A stretch of 32,000 nt of DNA from Dickeya dadantii NCPPB 898 (GTDB lineage: Bacteria; Pseudomonadota; Gammaproteobacteria; Enterobacterales; Enterobacteriaceae): the NCBI RefSeq assembly GCF_000406145.1, contig NZ_AOOE01000043.1, positions 30,001 through 62,000 on the forward strand. The letters are read 5' to 3'. Within the stretch, counting starts at the first letter, position 1. Each line of letters starts with the position of its first letter. The notes beneath the pieces were generated by a model, which was given only the letters and a program-made list of their open reading frames with translations, did no database searches and was not told the DNA's origin. Below are positions 17,138 to 26,500 of the stretch, piece after piece. A program made the translations under genes and the position numbers.

Positions 17138-17335
17138 CTTTCCTGCCGTACCGTATTCCCCCTACGTAATACGTCTGCATCGGGCAAAACCAGACTTCAC
17201 CTAATTGACCGGCAACGCCATAAATTGAAGTGGAACGCCATTTTGAAAAATGCAAAAATCATTCGTCCCGCGTGAATACCGCCTGTTTTCACGGTTTACA
17301 GAATAACCGTTCACTTTATTTATGGATGAAGAAAT

Positions 17336-18613
17336 ATGGATATTTTGCTTAGTCTGGTCAAAACCCCTGCGGTGATTATCGCCATCGTGGCGTTTCTCGG
17401 ATTGCTGTTTCAGCGCGCCCCGCTTTCCCGCCTGATTACCGGTACGTTTCTGTCTTTTATCGGTTTCACCATGATCAAAATTGGCGGCAGCATTCTGATG
17501 AAAGTGCTGACCGCCTTCAGTTCGTTGTTTTCTCACGCCTTCGATATTGTCGGCGTGGTGCCCAGCAATGAAGCGATTATGGCGGCGACCATTGACAAGA
17601 TTGGCGCGACCGCCGCGCTGATCCTGCTGTTCGCCATGGTGCTAAATATTCTGCTGGCCCGATTCACCCGGCTGAAATACATCTACCTGTCGCTGCATCT
17701 GGTGCTGTTCATGGCCTTTGCCTTCACCGCGGTACTGATTCAGCTTAATTACAGCAATACCACTATCATTGTGGTGTCCTCGCTGTTGATCGGCCTTTAC
17801 ATGGCCGCGTCGCCCTATATTCTCAGCCGGTTCAGCCGCGATATCATCGGTTCCAACGAATACGCCATTTCCCATGCCGCCATCTCGTCTTATGTGCTGG
17901 GGTCTTATATGGGGAAATGGTTCGGCAACAAAAACAGCAACACCGAGCACCTGACGCTCAGTCAGCGCTTCGACTTTCTCCGCGAGCCGAATGTCGCCAC
18001 ACTGCTGACCATGTTGGTGCTGTTGCTGCTTTCCTGCCTGTTCGCCACCCGGCCGCAAATCAGCGACGCTATGGTGATGGTGTACGGCGCTGGCGCGGCG
18101 GATAAAAACGTAGTGATTTTTATTCTGGAACAGTCCGCCACCTTCGCCTGCGGGCTGTATCTGGCCAAGGCCGGCGTAAACCTGTTCACGGCTGAAATCG
18201 TGCCGGCGTTCAAGGGCTTCGCCAATGTGTTCGCCCCCGGCGCCATTCCGGCGGTCGATGTGATGGTGCTGTTTACCAAAGCGCCCAACGCCACGCTGAT
18301 CGGCTTTCTGATCAGCTTCTCGGTGGAGCTGGTGTGTATTCTGCTGTTCCCGCTGGTTGGACTGCCGATTATCGTGCCCGGCATCATGGCCAGCTTTATC
18401 ACCGGCGGCGCCGCCGCCATTTTCGGCAACGCCACCGGCGGCGTGCGCGGCGCGATTATCGCCAGCAGTCTGAATGGCCTGCTGCTGTGCGTGCTGCCGG
18501 CGCTGACATTGCCGCTGTTTTCGCATCTCGGCGCGCAGGGCGTCACATTCGCCGACCCGGATTTCACGCTACCGGCGCTGATTCTGGATCATCTGCTGCG
18601 CTGGTTTAACTGA
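17336..18613 (+). CDS. PTS ascorbate-family IIC membrane component (UlaA/SgaT-like), 425 aa, with no adjacent IIB/IIA genes
   Basis: A polytopic membrane protein. Its N-terminal region and overall pattern (..GTFLSFIGFTMIKIGGSIL..AIMAATIDKIG..) resemble E. coli UlaA. It is a monocistronic unit flanked by terminators. Confidence 0.7.
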   Translation: MDILLSLVKTPAVIIAIVAFLGLLFQRAPLSRLITGTFLSFIGFTMIKIGGSILMKVLTAFSSLFSHAFDIVGVVPSNEAIMAATIDKIGATAALILLFAMVLNILLARFTRLKYIYLSLHLVLFMAFAFTAVLIQLNYSNTTIIVVSSLLIGLYMAASPYILSRFSRDIIGSNEYAISHAAISSYVLGSYMGKWFGNKNSNTEHLTLSQRFDFLREPNVATLLTMLVLLLLSCLFATRPQISDAMVMVYGAGAADKNVVIFILEQSATFACGLYLAKAGVNLFTAEIVPAFKGFANVFAPGAIPAVDVMVLFTKAPNATLIGFLISFSVELVCILLFPLVGLPIIVPGIMASFITGGAAAIFGNATGGVRGAIIASSLNGLLLCVLPALTLPLFSHLGAQGVTFADPDFTLPALILDHLLRWFN

Positions 18614-18653
18614 CGTCTCGTTCAATCCACCCCAAACAATCCATCAAAACAAA

Positions 18654-18682
18654 ACGGCAGGCTCTGGTGGCCTGCCGTTTTT
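18654..18682. terminator. Bidirectional terminator between convergent IIC gene and MCP gene
   Basis: 9-bp stem acggcaggc / gcctgccgt (18654-18662, 18670-18678), with an A-run upstream and a T-run downstream. Confidence 0.8.
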
Positions 18683-18705
18683 CTTGGTGATACCGAAACG
18701 CCGGC

Positions 18706-20682
18706 TTAGAACGTCGTCCAGTTATCCGATGACGAGCTGGCTGGACGGCCGGCGGGCAACGCGGCGGTACGGGCGCTGTTATCTGTCATCCGCGCGCTGC
18801 TATCCGTCATCCGCGGGCGTACCAGCGCCGGGGCGTGGCCGGATAGCGCCGGTTCATCCTGTGGCGACAGGCGGAAGACCGACACCAGCCGCGACAGATT
18901 CGCCGCCTCATCCTCCAGCGAATTCGACGCCGCGGACGATTCATGCACCATCGAAGCGTTCTGCTGAATAGTGGTGTCCATTTCCGATACCGCCGCGCCT
19001 ATTTGCGCAATGCCACGGCTCTGTTCATCCGACGCCGAAGCGATTTCGCCCATGATGTCGTGGACCCGCTTAACGGATGCCATAATGTCATCCATCGCGC
19101 TCCCCGCATCCGACACCAGCACCGTCCCGGTATTGACCCGGGTCACCGATTCTGAAATCAGCCCTTCAATCTCTTTGGCCGCCTGAGAACTGCGCTGCGC
19201 CAGATTGCGTACTTCACCGGCCACCACCGCGAAACCGCGCCCCTGCTCCCCTGCGCGCGCCGCTTCCACCGCGGCGTTCAGCGCCAGGATATTGGTCTGG
19301 AACGCAATGCTGTTGATGACGGTGGTAATATCGGAAATCTTTTTCGAACTGCCGGAGATGTCATCCATAGTCTGAATCACCTTGTGGATGATCTCACCGC
19401 CCCGATTGGCGTTACCGGAAGCCTGCTCGGAAATCTGGCTGGCATGGCGGGCATTGTCGGCGTTGTTTTTCACCGTAGCGGTCAACTGTTCCATGCTGGC
19501 GGCGGTTTCCACAATCGCCGACGACTGCTGCTCGGTACGCGAAGACAAGTCGTTGTTGCCGGCGGCGATATCCGAAGAGGCTTTCGCCACGCTGTAGACG
19601 CTGTGCCGAATGTCGGCGATCAGCTGGCGCAGTTTTTCAGTCATCGACATCATCGCCAGCGTCAATTGCCCCAGTTCATCATGACGCTCCACCACCACGC
19701 TGGCCGACAGATCGCCGCCGGCGATCTTCTCCGCCAGTTTCAGGTTGGCGATCACCGGTCGGGTAATCTGGCGGGTGACCGACCAGGCAATGAACAGCCC
19801 CAACACTGCGGCGGCAATGCCGGAAATAATCGTCTGGAATACCGAGTTATTGATAATATCGTTGTTACGAGCGCCGATTTTTTTGAGAATCCCGTCGATG
19901 TCGTTAATCAGCTTATCCCCGGTCGCTCTGAGCGCGGAATCGGTCGTTCTCAGTTGATTAACCTTATCGTTATATTTCACGCCGCTCTGGTTATAGCGCT
20001 CAATTCGGCTACCGAGTTCGCTGACGCTATTTTTAGCCTCCGCAGGGAGCAATCCATTCAGGCCGTCGAAGGATTTTTTCGCCTGATCATAAACGCCCTG
20101 CATCGATTTAAACGCCGCTTCGCTGCCTTCTTTTTGCAACAGATGCACTTTATCCACCAACTGTGCGTAGAGCACGCTGGTCTGATGATATTGCCGTAAC
20201 AGATTGATATCGCTAGAACTGACGTAGAACGCATCGCTCAGGGCTTCTTTCTGGTCAAGCGCGGCGATCTCTTTGGTGACATCGTTCATGCCGTCAACAC
20301 TGCTTTTGACACGATCGATATTTTTGGCGTATTCCGTAAAGTCCTGCGCCACATTGCTGAAATCGCTCTGATACGTCGCATCCCAGCGCAGCGCGTTGGC
20401 TTTTTCATTTAGCTGACGAGCCTGTTCAAGGTATTTATTCAGGTTGTTGAGGTTGTCATTATTGAGCGTATACGTGAATTTAATCCGGGCAATTCGGGTA
20501 AGATCAATAAAGTTTCCCATTTCATTCATGATCGAACTTTTAATATATAAATCCTGAATCATGAAAAAACGAACCGAGCTGAAGGCCGACGCCAGAATAA
20601 CCAGCAGCAGCACCAGGCCAAATCCGCCATACATCTTGTGAGAGATCTTTAGATTTCGCACATAATTCCCAAACACACTCAT
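18706..20682 (-). CDS. Transmembrane methyl-accepting chemotaxis protein with large helical periplasmic domain and C-terminal NWTTF pentapeptide
   Basis: Two TM segments ([16 protein letters not shown] and [17 protein letters not shown]) flank a helical periplasmic region of about 250 aa. A HAMP domain follows, then the conserved tip [30 protein letters not shown]. The protein ends DNWTTF (18709-18723). I chose the start at 20682 (MSVFGNY..., GGAG/AAGG upstream) over ORF-track 20769. Confidence 0.9.
   Translation of the reverse strand: MSVFGNYVRNLKISHKMYGGFGLVLLLVILASAFSSVRFFMIQDLYIKSSIMNEMGNFIDLTRIARIKFTYTLNNDNLNNLNKYLEQARQLNEKANALRWDATYQSDFSNVAQDFTEYAKNIDRVKSSVDGMNDVTKEIAALDQKEALSDAFYVSSSDINLLRQYHQTSVLYAQLVDKVHLLQKEGSEAAFKSMQGVYDQAKKSFDGLNGLLPAEAKNSVSELGSRIERYNQSGVKYNDKVNQLRTTDSALRATGDKLINDIDGILKKIGARNNDIINNSVFQTIISGIAAAVLGLFIAWSVTRQITRPVIANLKLAEKIAGGDLSASVVVERHDELGQLTLAMMSMTEKLRQLIADIRHSVYSVAKASSDIAAGNNDLSSRTEQQSSAIVETAASMEQLTATVKNNADNARHASQISEQASGNANRGGEIIHKVIQTMDDISGSSKKISDITTVINSIAFQTNILALNAAVEAARAGEQGRGFAVVAGEVRNLAQRSSQAAKEIEGLISESVTRVNTGTVLVSDAGSAMDDIMASVKRVHDIMGEIASASDEQSRGIAQIGAAVSEMDTTIQQNASMVHESSAASNSLEDEAANLSRLVSVFRLSPQDEPALSGHAPALVRPRMTDSSARMTDNSARTAALPAGRPASSSSDNWTTF
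18775..18816. repeat. In-frame 21-bp tandem duplication inside the MCP C-terminal tether
   Basis: gctgttatctgtcatccgcgc / gctgctatccgtcatccgcgg, 18/21 identical. It encodes [14 protein letters not shown] on the minus strand. Confidence 0.9.
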
Positions 20683-20863
20683 CCTTGCTTCTCCGACTGG
20701 GTGGAATGCGCCGTGATAAAGGCGACAGATATTTTTACTTATCGGAAGATAATGATGTTTTTTTAGCAAAATCTAGTGACGAGAATCACACTTAACGCAA
20801 AATAATGCTTTATTGCAATCAGAAGTGATTGGCTCTCATCATCAAACCGCGTTAATCAACACC

Positions 20864-20892
20864 CAAAAAGCCCCTGCCGGAAGGCAAGGGCT
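20864..20892 (-). terminator. Rho-independent terminator (minus strand) after the 189-aa secreted-protein gene
   Basis: On the minus strand this reads agcccttgcc-ttcc-ggcaggggct followed by ttttt. The stem is 10 bp with one mismatch. Confidence 0.7.
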
Positions 20893-20916
20893 AAGCAGTC
20901 GGGCAAGGAAATAGGA

Positions 20917-21486
20917 TTATTTGACCGCCGCCAGACTTTTGCCAATCGCCAGAACTGTACTGGCCTGACGCTGCTGGGCCGGCTCAAACATTTTGTTGTC
21001 CACCAGCGTTACCGGCTGGATTTCGATGATGCGACCTTTCACCACGGCAGAGCACAGCGAATGCACCACCTGGTCATTCAGAATGGTCAGCAGGCAACGG
21101 AACTTCGGCGTGCCGTCAGCGACCAGATCCTTTTTTTCCGGCCGGATACGCTGGCGCAGCATCTCTTTCTCGGAACTGGCGACCACGACATCCAGTTCGC
21201 TATCGCCAGCCGCCGTCTGCCCGTTGGTCAATGGCGGCATATAAACGGTTACCAGCGCCTTACGCTTGGTTGCGGTATCCACATACTCCGCCTGCACCGA
21301 ATGCTCTTTCGCATCCACCTCCACCTTCTGCCGTTTCAAACCATCGACAACGGCCGGCAGTGCGTCGCCCAGCTGTTGAGAGGTATAACCGGCGATCAGG
21401 TCCGGATTGCCGTTGTCGGCAAAACCATAGAGCGGCATAGCCAGCAACAGACCGCACAGCCCTTTCGTTATAACGCCCTTACTCAT
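20917..21486 (-). CDS. Hypothetical secreted/periplasmic protein, 189 aa
   Basis: A strong AAGGAGA Shine-Dalgarno precedes the ATG at 21486. The signal peptide is MSKGVITKGLCGLLLAMPLYGFA, and the mature part has two Cys residues. I recognise no family. The ORF-track start at 21534 was rejected. Confidence 0.65.
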   Translation of the reverse strand: MSKGVITKGLCGLLLAMPLYGFADNGNPDLIAGYTSQQLGDALPAVVDGLKRQKVEVDAKEHSVQAEYVDTATKRKALVTVYMPPLTNGQTAAGDSELDVVVASSEKEMLRQRIRPEKKDLVADGTPKFRCLLTILNDQVVHSLCSAVVKGRIIEIQPVTLVDNKMFEPAQQRQASTVLAIGKSLAAVK

Positions 21487-21942
21487 GTTCTTCTCTCCTT
21501 TAATAAATGCGTCTGATTTTTTGATACAAACCATCCCCTGATAACACTATATATCGAATTGTTTTTTTATCAGTGTGATAGCGTCAATTTTTACCGCAAT
21601 TCGGTTGCTCTGACGCAGTATCCGCAATTCAGCGCGACCATCGGTAGCCCGCCGCGCGGCATTTTCCCGGCGCTCATCCGTTCACCCTGTTCCGCTCTAC
21701 ATGCACATCAGCAACGAAGCCGAACCCAGAGCAGGTTATACACGCCTTTTGCCGCATCACTCGGTGATCAACAGCGAATCAATAAGTGACAACGTCACTT
21801 AAAAGACTGGCGCACTGTACCACGGCAACTATAGTTTTGTTGGGTGACCCGATACGACTCAGTCCTCTGCATGGCCGCCGGTTGCGCGGTGCAGTGAACC
21901 AACACGTTGAAAACCCATGACAATGGAAAAGAAGGGAACATC

Positions 21943-22467
21943 ATGAAACTGAAAGCATTGATTCTGTCCAGCCTGTTCGTTAGCGCGATAGCCGGCGCGG
22001 CAAGCACCACGGTAACGCTAAAAGAGGCGCTGCCGACCGGAGACGGCAATACGCTTGGTGATATTACCATCACCGAAACAGAATACGGCCTGCTGTTCAG
22101 CCCCAGCCTGAAAGGATTGCCGCCGGGCATTCACGGCTTCCACGTGCATGCCAACGCCAGCTGCGCGCCGGGCGAGCAGAACGGCAACAAGGTGCCGGCA
22201 CTGGCGGCCGGCGGCCATCTGGACCCACAAAAAACCGGCAAACATCTTGGCCCTTACAACGACAAAGGCCACCTTGGCGACCTGCCGGGGCTGGTGGTCA
22301 ATGCCGACGGCACCGCCAGTTACGAGGTGCTGGCACCACGGCTGAAATCGCTATCGGAGGTGAAAAACCACGCGCTGATGATCCATACCGGCGGCGATAA
22401 CTACTCGGATATGCCAAAAGAGCTGGGCGGCGGCGGCATGCGTATCGCCTGCGGCGTTATTCAATAA
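21943..22467 (+). CDS. sodC: Periplasmic Cu,Zn superoxide dismutase
   Basis: The signal peptide is MKLKALILSSLFVSAIAGAAS. Metal-ligand motifs GFHVHANASC, GGHLDP and HLGDLP are present, along with the C-terminal GGGGMRIACGVI. The start is at 21943 (AAGGGA Shine-Dalgarno), and the ORF-track TTG at 21907 was rejected. Confidence 0.93.
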   Translation: MKLKALILSSLFVSAIAGAASTTVTLKEALPTGDGNTLGDITITETEYGLLFSPSLKGLPPGIHGFHVHANASCAPGEQNGNKVPALAAGGHLDPQKTGKHLGPYNDKGHLGDLPGLVVNADGTASYEVLAPRLKSLSEVKNHALMIHTGGDNYSDMPKELGGGGMRIACGVIQ

Positions 22468-22702
22468 CATGTTGTCAACCGACGCGGCCCAACCGGCGGC
22501 GTCGGCCATCTCTGCACGTTTTTCAGTCCCCCTTTGTTTGCGCGGCATTCCTGATAAAACACCGAAAACATTAGATTTTATTAATTATAATCTGTCGTTA
22601 TTAATCATTTCTATCACCACTTATTACCTTATTGATGCCAAGGTTATTACCGATGTGATCCTGTACACGGAAATGAATTTCTTGCTTATACCGTTGATAG
22701 CA

Positions 22703-22718
22703 GGTGATCGAGATCACC
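22703..22718. promoter_or_regulatory. Perfect 7-2-7 palindrome GGTGATC-GA-GATCACC carrying two GATC sites, upstream of the FIST-MCP gene
   Basis: Read directly, about 77 bp upstream of the ATG at 22795 in an AT-rich promoter region. A third GATC is at 22657-22660. The function is unknown. Confidence 0.3.
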
Positions 22719-22794
22719 CTATACCCTGAAAGCATCTCGTAGGATGAACTGTGCTTCCCATTAAATTAATTTAAATATAGGGAGTGGGAATATC

Positions 22795-24738
22795 ATGTCA
22801 TCTTTCCTGAGCCATATCGCAATCCCGGGTTTAAAAAGGAACCGCCCTGCACGTGGGGCCTATCGCTGCGATGCTTTACCCTCCTCGCTGTCAGCCCTCG
22901 GGTTACCATCAAAACCGGGGTTGCTGCTGGTATTTGTGCCACCTGAAGCCAATTTTTCAGAGGTCAACCGCGCCTGGCAACGTTTCTCTGCCCCCCATCG
23001 CACCGTTATCACCCTTTCCTCCACCGGCGCATTATGCAGCCAGCGCAATAATTCCACTTACTGCGACATGAACGGTCCGTATGGCAGCTGGCTGTGGATG
23101 CCCCAATCACTGATCGCTAAACATGAAGTGCATCTGGTGGATCTGCACATGCATGACAAACCCAGCGCCCGCGCCAGGATCGATGCCATCAGGCAAGAAC
23201 TGGAACGCCTGGATGTCAGTTTGCCGCTCTCTTCGGATAACACGTTTGCGCTGATTTATTGCGATGGCCTGGCTGCGTCGGAAGGGTTTCTGATGCAAGC
23301 CTGGTATGCCTGCCGCCGTTTCCCCTGTCTGACCATTGGCGGCGCGGCAGGCGGGCGGCTCGATTTCAGCGGAACCTACATCGGTGCGGACAATACGGTG
23401 CTGCAAGGAAAAGCCGTGATTGTGTTCTGCCAGATGGCGCCCGGTAAGTCTTTTGCGCCGTTCAAGAGCCAGAACTTTGATCCGACAAAACAAAGCTGGC
23501 TGGTGGCGGAAGCCGACCCCGTCGCCCGCACGGTTAAGTCCGTCTTTGACGCCAACGGCCATGAGCAACCCATCATTGAGGCGATCGCCTCATGTTTGCG
23601 CTGCCCGCCGAACCAAATCAGCCAGCATCTGACAGGAAAAACCTTTGCGGTTAAAGTCAACGATGAATACTTCGTCCGATCCATCGCATCGATTAAAGAA
23701 GACCGCATTGCCTTTTTCTGCGATCTGGAGTTTGGCGACCGTCTGTATCTTATGCAGTCAACGGATTTTATCGCCACAACCGAGCGGGACTGGCAACAGT
23801 TCATATCGCAATATGGCAAACCGGATCTTGTTCTACTCAATGACTGTGTACTACGCCGTGCGGGCAACCCCAATTTGGAACAGGCCCAATTCTTTGATCA
23901 GGTCCCCGCGGCGGGTTTTTCCAGTTTTGGTGAAATTCTGGGTGTGCCGATCAACCAGACGCTATCTGCGCTGGCATTTTTCAGTCGTGATGTTAAGGCG
24001 ATGACGCACTTCCCGGTCGAATACGCCGCGTATGCTGGCCACTACGCTCAGCGTTCCCTGCGGCGTTGGGAAGCCTTGCATGACATTCAGTCCGCGGTGG
24101 TCAAACAAGTGGTCGATTACGAGCAGGCGCTGGCGCCATTGCTAACGGCCATGCCGCAGCTTGAGCAGGCAACGTTACGACAAAGCGATACGCTGGATGT
24201 GGCCCAGACCAGTATTCGCGCGATTAGCGAATCCGCCGCAAAGACGCAGGAAGCGCAGATCCGGCTTGAAACCGGCCTCAACGATCTGGAGCGTATTTCA
24301 AAAGGCATCAGTCATATCACCAGCGGCATTAACGCCATTGCGGATAAAACCAATCTGCTGGCGCTGAATGCGGCGGTGGAGGCCGCGCGCGCCGGCGAGG
24401 CGGGCCGGGGATTCGCCGTGGTCGCCGACGAGGTACGCAAACTGGCCAGCTCATCCAAAGAGCAGGTGGATGCCACCACTCACAGCATCAACGAAGCCGT
24501 TGAAACCATCGCGCATATTCGCACCATTGCACAGCAGACGGTAACGACGACAACGCAGATGGCGGATAAAAGCATCTCGGCGGCGAATCAAATCGCCGAT
24601 ATGAGCGCGGAAACCGAGAAAGACCGGTCCAATATGACCGCTAACCTGGGTAATTTGAAGGATCTTGCCAAAGGTATGGATGCTATGCAGGATGCCGTCA
24701 ACCAGTTGACCACCCTGCAAAAACTCGCCTCCTCCTAA
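22795..24738 (+). CDS. Soluble (no TM) chemoreceptor: N-terminal FIST_N/FIST_C sensory module plus short MCP signalling domain, 647 aa
   Basis: No hydrophobic segments are present. The FIST-like patterns are [12 protein letters not shown]...[12 protein letters not shown] and [20 protein letters not shown]. The MCP tip is [31 protein letters not shown], about 113 aa from the C terminus. There is no NWETF-like tail. A GGGAGTGGGA Shine-Dalgarno lies upstream. Confidence 0.7.
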   Translation: MSSFLSHIAIPGLKRNRPARGAYRCDALPSSLSALGLPSKPGLLLVFVPPEANFSEVNRAWQRFSAPHRTVITLSSTGALCSQRNNSTYCDMNGPYGSWLWMPQSLIAKHEVHLVDLHMHDKPSARARIDAIRQELERLDVSLPLSSDNTFALIYCDGLAASEGFLMQAWYACRRFPCLTIGGAAGGRLDFSGTYIGADNTVLQGKAVIVFCQMAPGKSFAPFKSQNFDPTKQSWLVAEADPVARTVKSVFDANGHEQPIIEAIASCLRCPPNQISQHLTGKTFAVKVNDEYFVRSIASIKEDRIAFFCDLEFGDRLYLMQSTDFIATTERDWQQFISQYGKPDLVLLNDCVLRRAGNPNLEQAQFFDQVPAAGFSSFGEILGVPINQTLSALAFFSRDVKAMTHFPVEYAAYAGHYAQRSLRRWEALHDIQSAVVKQVVDYEQALAPLLTAMPQLEQATLRQSDTLDVAQTSIRAISESAAKTQEAQIRLETGLNDLERISKGISHITSGINAIADKTNLLALNAAVEAARAGEAGRGFAVVADEVRKLASSSKEQVDATTHSINEAVETIAHIRTIAQQTVTTTTQMADKSISAANQIADMSAETEKDRSNMTANLGNLKDLAKGMDAMQDAVNQLTTLQKLASS

Positions 24739-24911
24739 ATCGGCCCTCAACCGGCGGCGGCCGTTCTTCCCACCCGCCGCCTCCGGCGCTTCCCTGAAAA
24801 ATCATGCAGTTTTTATGTGACAGACAGCGCTATTAAAGCGACAATGCTGACCACGCTTAAATCAGGTCACCACGTCATCGTAATTGGCCGACGTTTCACA
24901 ACACGATATCC

Positions 24912-25451
24912 ATGCAGACATTTTTATTTGACACGCTACCAACGCCCATCGGGGAATTATTATTGATTGCCGATGAAAATTATCACCTTAGGGCGGTGGA
25001 ATGGCGTGAATATGAAGAAAAATTATCTCAATCTCTGAATAAGCGTTATCGCCACGATCCATTCGTGTTAAAAGCCTGTAATAATCCTGGTGGATTAACC
25101 GATGCTCTGCGCGCCTATTTCGCCGGCGACCTGCATATCATTGAAACGCTGCCGGTAGCCGCCGCCGGCACCGACTTTCAGCACCAGGTATGGCAGGCGC
25201 TTCGCACTATATCCTGTGGCAGTACAACCACTTATGGCGATTTGGCCGCCAGACTCGGCCAACCGGGCGCCGCGCGCGCCGTTGGTCTGGCCAATGGCGC
25301 CAACCCGATCAGCATCGTGGTCCCCTGCCATCGTGTTATCGGTGCGCAAGGCGCGCTCACCGGTTATGCCGGCGGCATTCATCGCAAACAATGGTTATTA
25401 ACCCACGAAGGGTATTTGCCACAGCGGAATTTATTCAATACCGACCATTAA
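24912..25451 (+). CDS. ogt: Methylated-DNA-protein-cysteine methyltransferase
   Basis: The active-site motif IVVPCHRVIG, the TYGDLA..G.P.AARAVG.A motif, and a position immediately upstream of fnr as in E. coli. Confidence 0.9.
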   Translation: MQTFLFDTLPTPIGELLLIADENYHLRAVEWREYEEKLSQSLNKRYRHDPFVLKACNNPGGLTDALRAYFAGDLHIIETLPVAAAGTDFQHQVWQALRTISCGSTTTYGDLAARLGQPGAARAVGLANGANPISIVVPCHRVIGAQGALTGYAGGIHRKQWLLTHEGYLPQRNLFNTDH

Positions 25452-25580
25452 CTTACCGTGGATGATGTAGCCGCAGGGTAAAAAATCCGAATGTGATGGT
25501 AAAAATATTAATAAGCTCACTATTTATTGGTCAGTTCCAGAGATAGCAGATCTTATCAGACTCAATAAAAGCTGTTAAAA

Positions 25581-25594
25581 TTGACCGATATCAA
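25581..25594. promoter_or_regulatory. FNR box TTGACcgatATCAA (autoregulatory site of fnr)
   Basis: Matches the TTGAT-N4-ATCAA consensus at 9/10 positions. It lies 21 bp upstream of the fnr ATG, and E. coli fnr carries a near-identical site at its promoter. Confidence 0.7.
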
Positions 25595-25614
25595 TTATCG
25601 CCTGAGTAAAGTCT

Positions 25615-26367
25615 ATGATTCCTGAAAAGCGAATAATCCGACGCATTCAGTCTGGCGGTTGCGCAATCCATTGTCAGGACTGCAGCATCAGCCAGCTGTG
25701 TATTCCTTTCACGCTGAACGAGCATGAACTTGACCAGCTCGACAACATCATCGAAAGGAAGAAACCCATCCAGAAAGGGCAAGCGTTGTTCAAGGCCGGT
25801 GATGAACTGAAATCACTGTACGCCATCCGCTCAGGCACCATCAAAAGCTACACCATCACCGAACAGGGTGACGAGCAGATCACCGGTTTCCATCTGGCGG
25901 GCGATCTGGTCGGGTTCGACGCCATCGGCAACGCCCAGCACCCCAGCTTTGCTCAGGCGCTGGAAACCTCCATGGTGTGCGAGATTCCGTTTGAAACGCT
26001 GGATGACCTGTCCGGCAAAATGCCTAATCTGCGTCAGCAGATGATGCGGTTGATGAGCGGCGAAATCCGTGGCGATCAGGACATGATCCTGTTGTTGTCA
26101 AAGAAAAACGCCGAAGAGCGACTGGCGGCGTTCATCTACAACCTGTCCCGCCGTTTCGCCCAGCGCGGCTTCTCACCTCGCGAATTCCGCCTGACCATGA
26201 CCCGCGGCGACATCGGCAACTACCTTGGCCTGACGGTGGAAACCATCAGTCGCCTGCTCGGCCGTTTCCAGAAAAGCGGCATGCTGGCGGTGAAAGGCAA
26301 ATACATCACCATCGAAAATATCGAAACGCTGGCCGAACTGGCCGGCAACTCACGTAGCAAAGCGTAG
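25615..26367 (+). CDS. fnr: Fumarate/nitrate reduction transcriptional regulator FNR, 250 aa
   Basis: Nearly identical to remembered E. coli FNR, including the N-terminal Cys cluster [29 protein letters not shown] and the [19 protein letters not shown]. Confidence 0.98.
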   Translation: MIPEKRIIRRIQSGGCAIHCQDCSISQLCIPFTLNEHELDQLDNIIERKKPIQKGQALFKAGDELKSLYAIRSGTIKSYTITEQGDEQITGFHLAGDLVGFDAIGNAQHPSFAQALETSMVCEIPFETLDDLSGKMPNLRQQMMRLMSGEIRGDQDMILLLSKKNAEERLAAFIYNLSRRFAQRGFSPREFRLTMTRGDIGNYLGLTVETISRLLGRFQKSGMLAVKGKYITIENIETLAELAGNSRSKA

Positions 26368-26500
26368 CACCCCCATCCCCTGACCGGATCAATGATTGCT
26401 CTGAATTGTCGATCCGGTCTTCATCACCAGTTGTTCAAAGCGATTTCCTTGCGTTACTCTTAACGGGCAGGCTGCAGCGTGACAGCCAACAGGAGGAGCT

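Noticed and set aside
21559-21789. 76-aa ORF in the region upstream of sodC
   Set aside because: It has no ribosome-binding site and no recognisable features, and its composition looks like random translation. It may be a gene remnant, but I cannot support it.
22620-22720. FNR, CRP or other known operator matches upstream of the FIST-MCP gene, sodC and the IIC gene
   Set aside because: I found only half-sites (for example TTGATAGCAGGTGA and GTGA-N13-TCAC). None fits TTGAT-N4-ATCAA or TGTGA-N6-TCACA.
22469-22729. 86-aa ORF immediately after sodC
   Set aside because: It spans a GC-rich terminator-like stretch and then the AT-rich promoter of the FIST-MCP gene. Its hydrophobic run arises from AT-rich codons. 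It has no Shine-Dalgarno, and its ATG is only 1 nt after the sodC stop.
24753-24781. GC-rich hairpin ggcggcgg-N13-ccgccgcc after the FIST-MCP gene as a terminator
   Set aside because: An 8-bp GC stem is present, but the loop is 13 nt and no T-tract follows. This is not enough to call an intrinsic terminator.
26382-26419. Inverted repeat gaccggatc-N20-gatccggtc between fnr and uspE
   Set aside because: It could be an fnr terminator or a regulatory hairpin, but the loop is long and there is no U-tract. I left it uncalled.
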